From Laetmonice hystrix (lineage: Eukaryota), in assembly GCA_965235115.1 (NCBI GenBank), contig OZ249436.1:32242001-32306000 (forward strand): DNA of 64,000 nt, written 5' to 3'. Shown in pieces: positions 25,180-39,298 of the stretch. The notes beneath the pieces were generated by a model that was given only the letters and a program-made list of their open reading frames with translations, had not been told where the DNA came from and did no database searches. How positions within the stretch are numbered: position 1 is the stretch's first letter; the number at the start of each line of letters is the position of its first letter. A program made the position numbers and the translations under genes.

Positions 25180-28100
25180 ATTGGGCTTTAGAGCATGCAA
25201 TTGGTACATAGACCACGGAAGCCTTTGAGAGCTCATGCGCGGCACCTATCAAATCTCCCACTATATCTCGCCATGGTAACCAATGTATCCAACCCAAACC
25301 CATTACATATCAATATAATGCATTTAAATACAAAGAACAAGTATTTTTGATTTAAAAAATGTTAAGATATCGATATGTCACCATGGTTACTTTTTTGTTA
25401 TAAGCCTAGGTTTATAGGTAATAATGCCTTTGCAAAGCCTTGGATTTACCCGGGTGGCCCCCAGATTAGTGTTAGGTGCACCCAAATTAACAGTAACGTG
25501 CATTTCCACACAGCCCGCACAAAAGTCAGCATGGTGACATATGGATATTTTTACCTTTTTAAAATCAGAAACACTCGTTCTTTCTATCAAAATACATCAT
25601 ACTTCCCCTGCAAGTGCAACATGGACTTGAAACAAGTAATTAGAAACCCATCCCTGCTTCTTGTTCTATCAAATTTCAGAATCATGCATGGCCGCCTTTT
25701 ATTTTTGGGCTCCGTTTTTCTGTCTAAATCCTCAGTGCCACCTCAGGCTGGGTAATACTGCACATGACGGTCTCTCACGGTAGGTGCAAGCTATGAAATT
25801 CGCCATGACAACTCCAAAGGATTTCAACTTCACAAGGATGAAAACAGCAAAGCCAAACCACAAATACAATTTACTATCAAATGTTACAGATTCTAGCCAG
25901 TGTTTTCAGGGAGATCTGAGGCGAGTTAAGAAGCTATGGTAACTACAGTCACGGAGCATTTAGTCGGAGATGGAGAAACTCCTAGACTACAATAAAGGCA
26001 GACACCAGTCTGAGACCAGTATCTGGAGCCCTTTCTCATACCCTGGAGCAAAAGATGGATGTACGCACACAAATCCCCTCGGTGGAGCATACAGGCAGGT
26101 GGCTACGAAACACCTGGTATTTTGATGGGTTTTTAAAAGTAAAATGCTCAGCCATGTCGACTGTCTTGTTTTTCTGTAAGTGAGAAGTCCAGAAAAACAA
26201 ACGATACCATTTCACTTCTATGACAATTGGAAAATTCTGTATTTATGATGACCGCTTTTTCTCCCTTCGAAATGTCAGATGACTAGAAATAGCTTTTTTA
26301 TCTGTGTCACCAAGGGAGGGTCCCGGTACCTCCAGTGGAAACCCTGAGAGATGATCGTTCCACGGCTAATCCGTGCAAGTGTCTGGGGTTAGGTGCCTGC
26401 GATAAATTAGTTACATTAATATTAATTCGTAACCTTCAAGACGCATCACTGACACATTACAGGCAGCTCCTGAATAACATTGGCTTCCTTCGAAACGAAA
26501 CTACGAGTCATCAATATTATTCAACACTTCAGCACTTTTCGTCAGACAGGTTTTATGTTTCCACGGTTGGTGCTTATCATTCAGCGCGGAAACAGTCACA
26601 CTTGTCATTCCAGCAGTTATTTCTCATTAGCTGTTTCTCCGTGTGCATCAAACAAAGAAGGTTTTCTCATTAATTCAATTTATACTCTGAACGTAGAGGC
26701 TAAGTTCACGATGATAAATTGAGTTCTTTGTAAAAAGACATGATGAAGAATTCTAATCATGGCCTTCGCATCAGAACACCTTCGGTGTTTCTTGCTGTAC
26801 GTGCCAAGCTTTGTGCTAACGGTAAGAATAAATATTCCTTACAACCCATTCTACCATATAGGGAATACAAAAAGATGTGTGAAAGAAAGTAGGTGGTAAT
26901 CTGTTTCCAATCCCATTATCATTTTAAAGGGAAACGATAACTTATCTCACGTTTTTCATAGAAAACCGGTTCATTGTGTGTGAAAGAATAGGAAGATCAA
27001 GAAGCTATGAAATGGAAAAGTATAAGGCCTAGGATGCGCAAAAGAAAAGAAAGACGAATGGTGTAATGTAAACTTGCTAATCCTGCCGGGGGGGCACAGC
27101 TACTTCAGTTTACTCTCGTCAAGAGACACAAAGACATTATGTCTTTGTCTGTGATGAATATATAGACCTGAGAGATGTCCTCTCACAGCGCGACCAGAGA
27201 CAACCATCCCATTCCTCATCAATTAAACGTGTCATTTCCACCCATGCCCACGAACCTGCTCCCATTAACATTCCCACAAGTCCGCACTCATCCTTTTATT
27301 GGGACGCCTTTGAAAACGTTGCACATGCCGAAACATATCTATTTCTTTGTGCTGTGTGACGTGGAATACGCCGCTGTGGCGAGTTGGTTGTGAAAGCTGG
27401 CCTATTAATTCCTCACCGATGTGTACAAAGATTGCACTCTTCTCGACGACAGCGCTGATAAGGCACGATTTACGACTGGCAAACTGTATGCACCTATTAT
27501 CTTTACCTACTGTTGCACAGGTTCAAGATAACATCTGTATTAGAATGAACACGACTTGACAACATATCAAGATAATTGTCTTTCTTTCAAATATTTCATA
27601 ATTATCAGCTGGGTTCATACGGTTCTTATTTAAAAAAAACAACATCCGCACTCCTGAACTGGGAGTGAATGGAAAATATTTTTGCAGAGCCCACTTTTCG
27701 TGACCAACATCATTTTGTTTGTTTACCAAGTTTACTTATTTCCTCTTCGATATATACATGTATGAAAATTCTATTTTCGTCAACGATATGTACTTTTTCG
27801 TTTGCATGTCAGTATTTTTTATGTAATAAATGCATGTACCCTTAATAGTCCTAATTTAACAATAAACGAAAGAGATGTCATTTTCAAATATATCATTAAA
27901 ATACTATTCATCAGTCTCAAATATTTCAGCAGACAGTGACAGGTCTCCACTGGGAACACAAGCCTTCGCTTCATATAAAATTTAAAACGCAGAATCCGAC
28001 CGTAACTTTTTATTTATTTATCCTTTTAGATTATATATAGATTTCATGCCCCCTCTCTACGGTCAAAGGCCTGCCTGATAACAATATCCAGACCGCACTC

Positions 28101-28232
28101 AGCACTTACACGAAATACGTCTAAAAATTACATAATAGTCGTAAAATAAAATTCAGAAATCGTTTGCATTTAATGGATTTCCAGGTTGAACATCCGACCA
28201 AGAGAAGTGATTTATAACGATTCGGGACTTAC

Positions 28233-28355
28233 TTGCTACTTTTGGAGCCGGGTCGGGAGGAGCCTGGCGTAGAGAGGGCACTACTGGAGCAGGAGGAAGG
28301 CCGGGAGGGCGCCTCGACTGGTAACGTTCCCATCTGAGCCCGTAGTGATTCAAAC
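28233..28355 (-). CDS. LRR-protein gene, exon h (Ser/Pro-rich tail)
   Basis: TTTTAAAG acceptor and GTAAGT donor; phase 2 start matches exon g; (R)FESLRAQMGTLPVEAPSRPSSCSSSALSTPGSSRPGSKSS. Confidence 0.75.
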
Positions 28356-28554
28356 CTTTAAAACAACACAACAGTTACTACTGAGTACTCCAGACAGGTG
28401 AGTCCGGTCTGCCCCCACTCCCAGCTCACCTGTAAACTACATGTATCTACCTGGAGCGATACACAGTTGTCAAGTATATACCAGACATACGGAAAGGCAG
28501 ACAGACAGATGAACGGCAAACCCGTGGATCGTGACAGATGTTAATCTGACTTAA

Positions 28555-28970
28555 GCCAGGTTCATACTTGTGACGCCTACCTACGCCGCCTGACCACCGC
28601 GTGCAGTCGCCTACCGTCGGCGACTTTAATCACTGAGGTCGTCTGAGGACCTCCCGGCGTCGATGTATGAACACTCCAACGACGTCGTCGCTGACCTTAC
28701 CTCAGCCTCTTGGAATCTTGCTGGGGTCAAGGACAAGGGGTCATGATGCTGGATTCCCATTGGCCAGTTTGGCCAGTCGCCCAGCGACTAGTGGCTGAAA
28801 TGAACTCTGGCCATTTCCGAAAAATCAGTAGACTACTGGAAATCTGTCGCTCAGCGATCATTGACGCCAACCAACACCTACTGGTTGCCTACCAGTAGAC
28901 GTACAGTCGGCGTCAAATTCTCAGTCACTGGCGAGTCGGCATAGGTAGGCGTAAAAATTATGAACCGGCC
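28555..28970. mobile_element. TTAA-flanked MITE with PIF/Harbinger-like termini
   Basis: Left GCCAGGTTCATACTTGTGACGCCTACCTACGCCG versus reverse complement of the right end GGCCGGTTCATAATTTTTACGCCTACCTATGCCG; TTAA at 28551-28554 and 28971-28974. Confidence 0.75.
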
Positions 28971-29173
28971 TTAATTCTGCCAGAGAATAAGTTTTTTTTT
29001 CATTACTGGAAATCTGTCGCTCAGCGATCATTGACGCCAACCAACACCTACTGGTTGCCTACCAGTAGACGTACAGTCGGCGTCAAATTCTCAGTCACTG
29101 GCGAGTCGGCATAGGTAGGCGTAAAAATTATGAACCGGCCTTAATTCTGCCAGAGAATAAGTTTTTTTTTCAT
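28834..29173. repeat. Perfect 170-bp tandem duplication
   Basis: 28834-29003 equals 29004-29173 by inspection; includes the MITE right TIR and ~30 bp of flank. Confidence 0.9.
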
Positions 29174-29233
29174 TTATAAGCACCACGTTCAGTTTGAATC
29201 CTTCCACACGTCAACCAAGACCAACTTTCATAC

Positions 29234-29315
29234 CTTGCGGCGACGATGGACTCAAAGTCGGCCACGTCATGCTCCATAGTGTGCAGCTGGTTCTCAACTT
29301 GTCTGGCGCTTACCA
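29234..29315 (-). CDS. LRR-protein gene, exon g (helical/coiled-coil-like)
   Basis: TTGCAG acceptor and GTATGA donor; 82 bp, phase 1-2; (V)VSARQVENQLHTMEHDVADFESIVAA(R). Confidence 0.8.
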
Positions 29316-30549
29316 CTGCAACAACACCAAAATAAGCATGCGTCAAATTCATTGACTTTTTTACACTGAACACAGGTCTTCAGCAACGAGGACTAAGAAA
29401 TGACGTCCTTGCGGTAATAGCGTTAGTGCATGCTGTGAGGACTTTAGTGAAACACCATGTCGTGGCAACAGTTTCCATGGTGTCGTTGACATCTTTTGGT
29501 TTAGTGAAAGCCACCGCTGAGTCCTGTGCCTTCGGTACTGTCCTTTTGGCATATCTCTTCCCCCAAAGTGGCTTCACTATATTGGTAACGCCATGGGGAT
29601 GAGACAGTGGACGTTATTGTATGTCTTCATTTGGTGTGACCGCCGACCACGCTACACAATCATCTACTGCTGAATTTACTTTATGGCTTCCAATATGTTA
29701 TTATGGAGAACGAGCAGCAAGCGACTTTACGTTCGTTAAATGGCTTAAATAATAAACAAGGACTATCAACGCAATGGGTTGGCATTGTTATTACGAGCTT
29801 CCTAGCTTTACACACTTCATTGTAGCTTCACAAACTTGATACAAGTTGTTTCTGTTTAATTAATTTAACACACAATTACCGGCATACGGACTACACATCA
29901 ACGTATTCATTATTAGTTTATTGCAAGTCAGAGTATGAAGGTTAACTGGCAAAAAACAATCTGAAATCGGCATTCATTTGCATGATACTAGTCCTTAACT
30001 TTAGAATGTTGCCACTAATTGCTTCATTTTTGGCATATTTCCTTGCAAAATTCTTGCGGGCAAAATTGGACATTTTCCCTTGAATTGGAAGGAAATAATC
30101 TTTTTCTTGGGTTGTTTTGGTGTATTGGCAGGAAAACGATGATATTTGTATACCTAATTTCGGATTATTACAGTAATATCTTATCTGTGATATGTTGGCC
30201 GACAACCAGATGGTCATACATTGTATGTGACCATTTCAATACTTTCTGCACAGTATCGTGTTTCACCTTTACTTTAACTCATCTCGTGGAGAACAGTGTG
30301 CTACCAATAACATATCTGAATTGAATTGAATTTCCTGCTTTCTTAAAGCTGGAATCCTACCTTACCTTGACTAAATCCGTGACAATGTCACTTGAGAGAC
30401 GAGAGGAAACTAATCTGGTAGATCTAACATCCATATTGTCGGATTTTTATATCTATGTGAGACGAGGCAAAAGCCCGAGGATGAAAAAACAAGAAAAGAA
30501 TTTTACATTCATAAGACGTCACTCGCTACGAGACTCGTATATCTTTTAA

Positions 30550-30581
<32 letters not shown>

Positions 30582-33459
30582 GCTTATTTCAGGATAATCT
30601 AAAGAAATATCTAAGGCAAGCGGCTTGCACTAAAAAACGGGATAGAGCAGAAGCGATACATGTTGACAGTTGTCAATATAAAAATTCACATAAATTACAT
30701 ACAAAAAGTTGGTCATGTGATTCGAAGCTCATTGATTATAACTCAGACAGCTCTGTGTTTTTTCAACGTCTTCTCCACTTGAGACTGGCTCTCCCAATTG
30801 CAATGACAACAGGCCACCTCGCTTTTCCAGGAGAAATTACGCATAAGCTGCTACACTGAACATTTCTCCCGGATTTTTGAGGAGAAATTATGCACATACC
30901 CTACTACGCAGCAATTTAAAAACTGTGAGCTACCATTGGCAACCGAGAGGTCTTGCTCTCTAAAGCTCTCTTAACTACACAATATACAGTGACCTCCAGC
31001 CCAAACGACCTTGCATATAAAGAATTCACAAGGTTTTCGGCAATGGCGGGCTTCCTCGGAGACACCGCTGGACAACCGAATTTTTTTAACGTGAGTCTGT
31101 GCGACCCTTGTGACTTCCATTAGATGTGGATTTCAATAGGTCTCAATTTAATGTGCACTTAGCTGTCTTTGGGTATGTGCTACCCTACAAATCAAGATTT
31201 AAACGCGAGTTTCCGCTGAGACACGCGATGGGGGTTAAGCAGCTAGGGACTCGAATGAATAACCACCTCCATCAAAATTACATGAAGAATTCATTTCCAT
31301 TATATCCCTCAGTTGGTCCAACAGCTTCTGATAATCTAGAACTAAAGGAAAACAGAAAAGACGTTAGGAAAGTCTTAAGGAATTTCTGCCTGATAGATAG
31401 ATCCGATTAATGCTGCGGAGATTTCGCACTGAATAAGACTCCGTTAAATATTTATTACATGTACAATCGGTAAAAATCTATAAAGATTTGCTCAAGGCTT
31501 CATACCACTGCAGTCGATCTTTCTCTATCCTGCCTATGTGATAGCTATACATCCATTTCCTCATCAAGTTCAGACAGTTCAATCCAGCGTCAACCTCGAC
31601 CCATACATAAAGCGTCCACAAAGTCCTCCGACATTTCCTGTGGTTTCGTTGCTAAGAGCCTCGACCAATCAGCTGGCAGCAGGCACCATTAAGCCAATTC
31701 ATCATGTTTGATCAAACCTTCGCGACTAGCTAATTATCTCATCTAGAAGTTAGACCAGTAGGTCTCATCCCTTCCCAACTCGGTCGGATGTAATACAAGT
31801 ACGAGTTTGAATGTAATAAAAGACATTAATCTTGCTTAAAGATAGCGCCTATAGTTTTGAAACTGCTCACGATAGCTTGACTGTATAAATGAAAATGAAC
31901 GATGGATGCCAGATCACTAATGGCATTGTTCCTGCCAGATACTATCCCATAATCATCTAAAAATCAGTCATGCTAATAACCTGCAACTTAATCCTACACA
32001 TTATATGCCGTCCGTATGGGATGAGAACGACATTTATATTTTAACATATTACAGACCGATGTGTACATTCTACAGACACGTATGTTAATCTGCCGAATAG
32101 CCAGACTCCATGAATCCGTCTGCATGAATCCATTCCTACCCGCGGGCGTCCATCACTGTTAACAGCGTACTATTAAAATAGGACTAATAAAAAAACTTGC
32201 TCAACAATCACGAATAGCACGTCTAAAATCACGACGGCAAAGCACGGAGTTGGTGATACTTTCCCAATTCCTGCTGATTAAAACTTTAATTTGCTTACGG
32301 CCATAAATAAGCCATCCATTTGCGTACCGGTTGCCACGGTGTTAGACAGAACTATAATCAAGTTTGTGTGTATCTCCGCCGAGTATCACGCGGTCGCTGA
32401 TTCGGATACAAGTAAAGCCAGCTAAAAGCAAGCACGAGGTGTCCCACCAGACTTCATGGTAATAAAGTACCAGTCAAAAAATAAATGAGAGGATGAATAT
32501 AAATGAGATCAAAATTTGTTGTTTTTTAAAAACGCAGCTTCCCCAGACCAGGCACGAGTTTCTGCCTCAACCGAGGACTGGTTGCTGTTAAAGGGCATTT
32601 TGAAAATATTTACCACTGAAAAATGCCAAATTCGGTCTATTGACGGAATTTGTATGTAGTAAGCAAGTGTGAGCATTTCCCATAGAAAAAGAAACAGTGT
32701 CCACTGCTTCAAGTTTACTTATTAAACAGCAGTGAACAGATAACAATAGCATAAGTTGAAAGGTAGAATTGTCTTTTCGCGGGTCCTTTATCCTTGCCGG
32801 GAAGATAATTCGGCAGTTGCCACTTTTTAATTTATTTTTCGTAGTGGGTCCCTTTAATATTTGAAGAGACCACTGGCGACAATTTGTGTGCGATGGATGC
32901 GGCGAAGCTATCGCAAGATTACGGGCTCTTATTTAGCTGTCCTGGGAAAACACGTGAGGTTATTAATGGCTTAAGGTCACGAAAACATAAGCACTCAGCT
33001 TCCAACACACACTATTCTCCATATTAATCACATGACCCAATGGTCCGGAGCTACGCCCTAGAACAAATAGTTTCTAAAAGGTTACGTGAACGATGGGCGG
33101 GTGTGGCTTTCGCTGCTGTTCCAGGTAAAACCCCACTATATCAACTTATCAAGCCAGTTTTATCTCAACTAAAAAAACACTGTACTCAGAAATCTCATAG
33201 AGAGCATATGGAGCGCCAACGTTTTTCAGTTACTGTCAAGATCCAAGTCCCCGGCGAGACGGACAGGGGCATTGCTCCCCGATGTGGTCTGTAACACAGT
33301 AGAACTTTGAGTAGCGGACGTACGAGAAACCCCACGTCACGTCTCCGTGAAGGCGGTAGTTCCAACCATGCAGCCCTTCCATTACCTTTCTTTGAGAAAC
33401 TTGGTAATTCATTTATAGAAACATGTGCTAACGTCAAAAGGCGATTCTCGCAACAATAC

Positions 33460-33540
33460 TAGACCTACCCGATGAACAATTAGTAGGCCTACCCGATGAG
33501 CAATTAGTAGGCCTACCCGATGAGCAATTAGTAGGCTTAT
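33460..33540. repeat. 24-bp tandem repeat, ~3.3 copies
   Basis: Unit TAGGCCTACCCGATGAGCAATTAG. Confidence 0.85.
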
Positions 33541-35221
33541 AGGTATATCAACAAGTTACACAGCGCGCGCCCTATTTTTCAATTTTTGACACATTTCCTT
33601 TCTTTCATTTCAAATTAAAGGTCACTGATAACTAAAAGACACCTACTTCACATGTTAATTGATATGTAGGGGCCTACGCCTATTCATTGAATTTTTTTCA
33701 GGCGTGCAAAACAAACAAACAAACAAAAAAAAAAAAAAAAAAATCTGCTTCAGCTTGACACATAAACTTCGTCAGAAAACCAACATGTGTACTGTTTCAA
33801 GAACAGTGTCTGACTGTAGTCACGTCACTATCAACAACACTATAGGTGCTTGAGGCACCCATAGTAAACTGATAAATCAGTGTACCTGTTGATAGTTGAT
33901 ATTACTGTACGCCTTTCTACTGATATGCTATCACTATTGGTAAGGGGACTCCACTATACCAACGTTTTCTGTGCGCCCGGTTTTACCTCTGACTACTGAT
34001 AGTTGCTCTGATAGCTTACCAGACCCCTATCAACCCTTCTGTGCGGCCGCTACTGGTCTTCTTTCTTCCTTACAAGAACATTATATTTCAACCTGATACA
34101 ATCCATCATCCACAGCCTAAATGTTCTAGATGGAACAGGTTTAAATATAATCTAAAAGTGAAAAGATCCAGTTCCTCTTCAATCACAATTAGTATGATGT
34201 ACTTAATACCAAGACGGTCCACTAAAGTGCCATTTTGTACGAAACAGTCCCACATGATCCATCTCCCAACATATCCCTAACTCCATTACCGCCGTCATCT
34301 CTTCGTTAAGCAGGAGAATTGTAACAGGGACGACTACTTCACTAGAGATTAACCTTTACAAGGCCTGGCAAATATCACTTAGCAAAATGATGAAACTGAT
34401 CGCAAGTTAAGTGTCAGATAGAAAAACTGTCGCGGAATTACACGACATATCCCAGACCTCTTTCAGCATGTATTCTGCCATACCCGCTCTGTCGTTGTTC
34501 TCGACCTAAGTCTAGCCATGGGATAAAACGGCCGGATGTTGGGGGAAGTGGAGTTGTCTAGACTGCATACGAAACTATCCGACAAACTATCCGGCAATCA
34601 CCCCCCCCCCCCCCCCCCCCCAATTCCCTCCCGGACAACGTCCTGCATTCATACAGCCTACCCTTCGAATCACTGAAAACTAGACGGCGTCACTTAGAAT
34701 TCTGAATAAATATTGAAGCTTTATGAGAATTCGTCTTCGTTCTAGAATCCGATGGAAGGCATTGCGACTCGCTTCTAGAATCGATGGCATATATTATGTG
34801 CGTGTCTTCAAAGAGTTAATTCTGTAGTGTCATAAGCAGACCCCAACCAGACGCCAGTGTGAAGCTCTAGTTGACGCTCATGGTCACATAAAAAGATATT
34901 GAGAGATATGTGTTTTTGAGGGGGGCATTCTTTGTTCTTTTATCATTGCAATACAGTTCTTTGACAGGATTACTTGGATTTTGTTTTACTTAACATCTTT
35001 CGTCCCAATTCATGAAAAGTATTTTCTATATTTCATTTAAAGTCATTTCTATATTTCAGGCACAATTCCAATTGGCAGCTATATATTCATAACTTGTATT
35101 GAGTAGTGTATGAGCTCTATAAGTCATCATCCAGGCACACATAAGACAGGTACTTGTATGTACAGAAGGGAATTCCTAACCCTATCAATACACGTACATA
35201 TATGTATGTAAATAAATACAT

Positions 35222-35381
35222 ATACATACATACAACATACATACATACATACATACATACATACATACATACATACATACATACATACATACATACATAC
35301 ATACATACATACATACATACATACATACATACATACATACATACATACATACATACATACATACATACATACATACATACA

Positions 35382-35410
<29 letters not shown>
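35222..35410. repeat. (ACAT)n microsatellite, ~44 perfect copies from 35235
   Basis: Read directly; explains the MYVC/HTYI ORFs. Confidence 0.98.
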
Positions 35411-35412
<2 letters not shown>

Positions 35413-35777
35413 GTGCATGTGTCACGTTAAGCTGAACATAAAACTGAGTGTGACACCTTATCAAACAAGTCTCATGCCTCCCCCCCCCCCCACCACCATA
35501 TATTGGAACGACCTGAAATGGTACAAGTGTTGCCAATCACAAGCAATCTACTGCGACGTCCTGCTCATAGAACGAGTTGAGCCAGTGTATTGCAGGTCTC
35601 CGTCATTATCTGCATTCTTGACCCCACATTCTGGTTCAGTGAGACCGCACAATTCTTCTTAACCCGGAAATCGGTCACAATGAAGTAGGTATCCTGGGTT
35701 CGTACCGCTAAAGCCATGATGAAATTCCATAACGTTTCTATGATATCAACGCCTCTAAGGACCACTGAACGACTATA

Positions 35778-36006
35778 CAGTATGTCCCCCAAAAATGATA
35801 GTCTGTGTTCCATTGTCAAAAAGAGATACTGGTTGTGAACAGTAATGCGTGACCCTGTCAACACCAAACCTCCTGAGAGTTATCTCGGGGGATAAGACTT
35901 TATGTTTAACTTCAACTTCAAAATTCAAAATTCGACAATCCTCTAAAATATCTAAGTGTATTGCACACCTAAGAAGTTAGACTAGCATTTTTTGGGGGAC
36001 ATACTG
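35778..36006. mobile_element. Tc1/mariner-type MITE (229 bp)
   Basis: TA flanks; TIRs CAGTATGTCCCCCAAAAATGATAGTC / GACTAGCATTTTTTGGGGGACATACTG. Confidence 0.85.
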
Positions 36007-37025
36007 TATAGGTCACAAAGTGGTCGTAGACAGCAAAGGAGTAAGCGAGGATGAATAGTTCATCCCACACAACTCAAACACAAGGTTCCTTTAGTTGTAG
36101 ATAGGCCCACCTTTATTAATTTTATCTTTGTCACATCCGTGACCGGGTCAAGAAAATGTCACCAAAACCGAGTATCTCTCCCGATGTTCTGGGTCAGAGA
36201 ACTCCATAGGCTCTGACGGTGAACTATTCACATTATAATAATTACAAGGCTTATCGCACAATACCTGTTCACTCTGAGGCTTCAGGTAGACGACAGCCAA
36301 AGTTCAGTAAAAACCCACTGAGCGGCGAACTTCCACACACATTTTCTCCTGTAACATATTTGGGACCCGAAACGCCGTTTCCGCAACTGCACACCAATTC
36401 CTGTCAAGGATCCCTTCCCCATAGTACGGACAAGAACTCCAAGCTTCCCAACCTCTGAACACATCATCTCACACAACGCCTAATCACCTACCGCATTTAC
36501 CATGCTATGACCCACACCTGACAACTCCCCTTCTGTAAAACACTACAACTAAAGCCAAATGCATTTCATTTTTTTAGAACTCCAACAATTCCCCCTCTTC
36601 TGGCCCCTGTGTGCAAAACACCAATAGTCTCAGATGGGAGGCGGGGAGGCTATGGGCAACGAAAACAATTCCAATATGGTACATGTAATCTCAATCTGCA
36701 ATTCGATCTCGGAACATTCGTTTGCTTTCCAAAAACAGCTCTCATTCTTCGATAATACGATAATAAGTTATACCGCATTTTTCGGAGTGGCACATTCAGC
36801 TAGAACCTGCCTGGGCCCTTTCTATAACAAAATCTATGTCCATCCAATTTCAAGACAGCTTGAATTGCGGTAAATGTGCTCTATGAGCAGGCCGATTTCT
36901 TTTCCAGCCGCCAAGAACAGGACGTGGGCGACATGTGTTTTGCTGGTCTTGGCGAGCCGTTCCTGTTGGCTGCCACGATGACAAGAAAATCAAGCCGGCC
37001 CTCATCACGACCACCCCGCACTTAC

Positions 37026-37092
37026 CTGTGGCTGCTGACATAGGCCTCATCATCGGCGTGGTGGGACGGCACGTCGGTCTCCGGATGTGGGC
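37026..37092 (-). CDS. LRR-protein gene, exon f
   Basis: TTTCCAG acceptor and GTAAGT donor; 67 bp, phase 0-1; AHIRRPTCRPTTPMMRPMSAAT. Confidence 0.8.
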
Positions 37093-37575
37093 CTGGAAAC
37101 ACAACAACGTCATCACTCAAAGACAGACGGGATCGTGTAGGAAAGATATAATGATCATTCTTATAGATGGGCAATGACACGGTAAAGAACTATTTACTGT
37201 ATTATCAGTGTCCTTGTTCCGTTGACGACCCACCACTTCGAGACTATGGGGAGCAGGATAGGAATTACATTCATTGAAACCTGTTTACTCCCGGCAGAAA
37301 TGGCGTTTGTGGAACAAATTTAAAGTAATAAGCAATTTAGTATCGGTAATCTTATTGTTTGTGTTATTGCCACTTAAATTTAAAAAGGGGATATAATTAA
37401 CAATTAACCAAATTATAGGGCTTGAAAGTTTTCCCAGATAAAAAGAGGGAGGATGAAAGATATCTTTTTCGATGTGGCATGGTTACTGAGGTCAGTTTGA
37501 CTGGTAAAATAAATCCCTGCTTTGTTTTAGATTTCTAGGAACCCTACTACCATTCCCTCAAAACAATTCAGATGC

Positions 37576-37976
37576 AATTCCATGGATCCGTAAAGCGCAG
37601 GTGTGTGCGCTTGCATGTGCGTAGTCCGCACTACGCACACATCACATATCTGGGTAGCGCAGATTCCATGGGTCCGTACCTGCACACATCCGCATGCGTA
37701 TGTCCGCACAGACACGCCTCGGGAGCGATTACACACTACGGATCAGCCACGCATAGTTGAACCAGGCCTTTTTGCCCAAGACCTCCGAGGTATGCAATTG
37801 CCTTTCTTGCTTCCTATTCATATATTTTTCAGTATTTCCGCTCGACCATAAAGCAGTTCAAGGAAGTGCTGGGGGAGGGGGTGAAGGCATACGCGGCCTA
37901 TAGAGTCATGGAATTTATTTGTGCGTACTGCAGACTACGCATACGCCACGCCTGTGCAGTACGGATCTATGGAATT
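37576..37976. mobile_element. Old MITE with ~60-bp imperfect TIRs
   Basis: Left AATTCCATGGATCCGTA...GCGTAGTCCGCACTACGCAC versus reverse complement of the right end AATTCCATAGATCCGTA...GCGTAGTCTGCAGTACGCAC; superfamily unclear. Confidence 0.6.
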
Positions 37977-39163
37977 CTAGCTAGAGTGACATCTAGGTCA
38001 GCCCAGAGGGTCCTGTCCCATGGAGGCATTTGGCACTGAACTGTGAACCGTTCACAGATAAGTGTTCAGTAGCGGCGAAACAGATAATAATTGGGGGGTG
38101 GGGGAGATTTGCCTTGAGGTAGTGGAACATAGAAATAAACTAAGATTTAGGAATAATTAATAATATGCAATAAATAATCTACAAAAGCCATCGGATTATT
38201 TGGGGGGGGGGGGGCAATAAAATTATTGGGGGCCAGTGCCCCCTCCCCCCCACTTCCGCCGCCTATGGTATAGTGTTCTGGTGATGCGGTGGACAATAAA
38301 CTTGACCTGTCCTGGCCGAAACCACAAAGGGACAAATAAGATTTGAAGACGTTCTTTAATGGTACCGGATAATGCATAAAATCTTGCCACACCCATGCCT
38401 TTGAAAATGGAAATGTTTTCCCTTTAATTCATGTTGATGTACAAGCTGTAAGCAAGTGACATAAAACCTAATCTGATCACTTGCTCAGTGATTAAATGTC
38501 ACAGCTACTACCAATTAGTTAAGGGTTCCAGCTGCTCCCCCAGCCAAGGAAGTCTCATTAGTGAAAACCTTGTGACAAAGGAAAAATACGCAGATCTTAC
38601 TTTTCCTGCTTACTTGGTTAATGCAATAAGTTTAATTGGTCGTAACGCATTCCCCCATACTATTGATTCTGACATATATAAATGGGATAACAGTTAGCAG
38701 GTGTTGAAAACACTGTTACAAATAGGATTTCAGCTTCTCTTGCCATAGGATGACAAGTACGTGTCAGTGGTCAGAATCTAGAAGGATTCTTGTGTTGTAC
38801 AGCTGCCATAACCATTAAAATTAAAACCGATGCCTAAAGGAAACAAATCTTTACACATTTTATGACTCCCGGAGGTAGAGAATAAGATAATAACCCCCCG
38901 GCTAGACATTTTACTTTCTGAATAAGTCTGGCTCTGACCAAACATATTATGACCTTACCCACATGATGCACCTTGTCTTTGTATGCAATGGAAATGGTCT
39001 AAAGAGGTTCCCTTGGAGATTACAGAACGTCCTACTGGCATCTGCTGCAGGTAGGTGACGTAAACCGGGTGCTACGATTGCCTACCAGTCAAACTGACCT
39101 GCTCGTAATGATTTAAATGATGTTACGTCAAGCAATATTTAATGAACTAATGAACTAACTTAC

Positions 39164-39298
39164 ACCGTCGAGTATCTCCAGCGTCGGAACTTGCTTCTGG
39201 AGATCTGCGTTGTAGACCAATTTAGGTCCGTCTTCTTGGCAGAATGGATTGTCAGCGATGTAGAGCTCAACAAGCTCTCGGAGGCCACTCAGACCACA
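39164..39298 (-). CDS. LRR-protein gene, exon e (last LRR plus LRRcap-like motif)
   Basis: TTCCAG acceptor and GTAAGT donor; 135 bp, phase 0-0; CGLSGLRELVELYIADNPFCQEDGPKLVYNADLQKQVPTLEILDG (NP...Y...P.L..LDG cap typical of SDS22/U2A'-like LRRs). Confidence 0.9.

Noticed and set aside
35117..35536. MYVC/HTYI repeat ORFs
   Set aside because: Produced by the (ACAT)n microsatellite.
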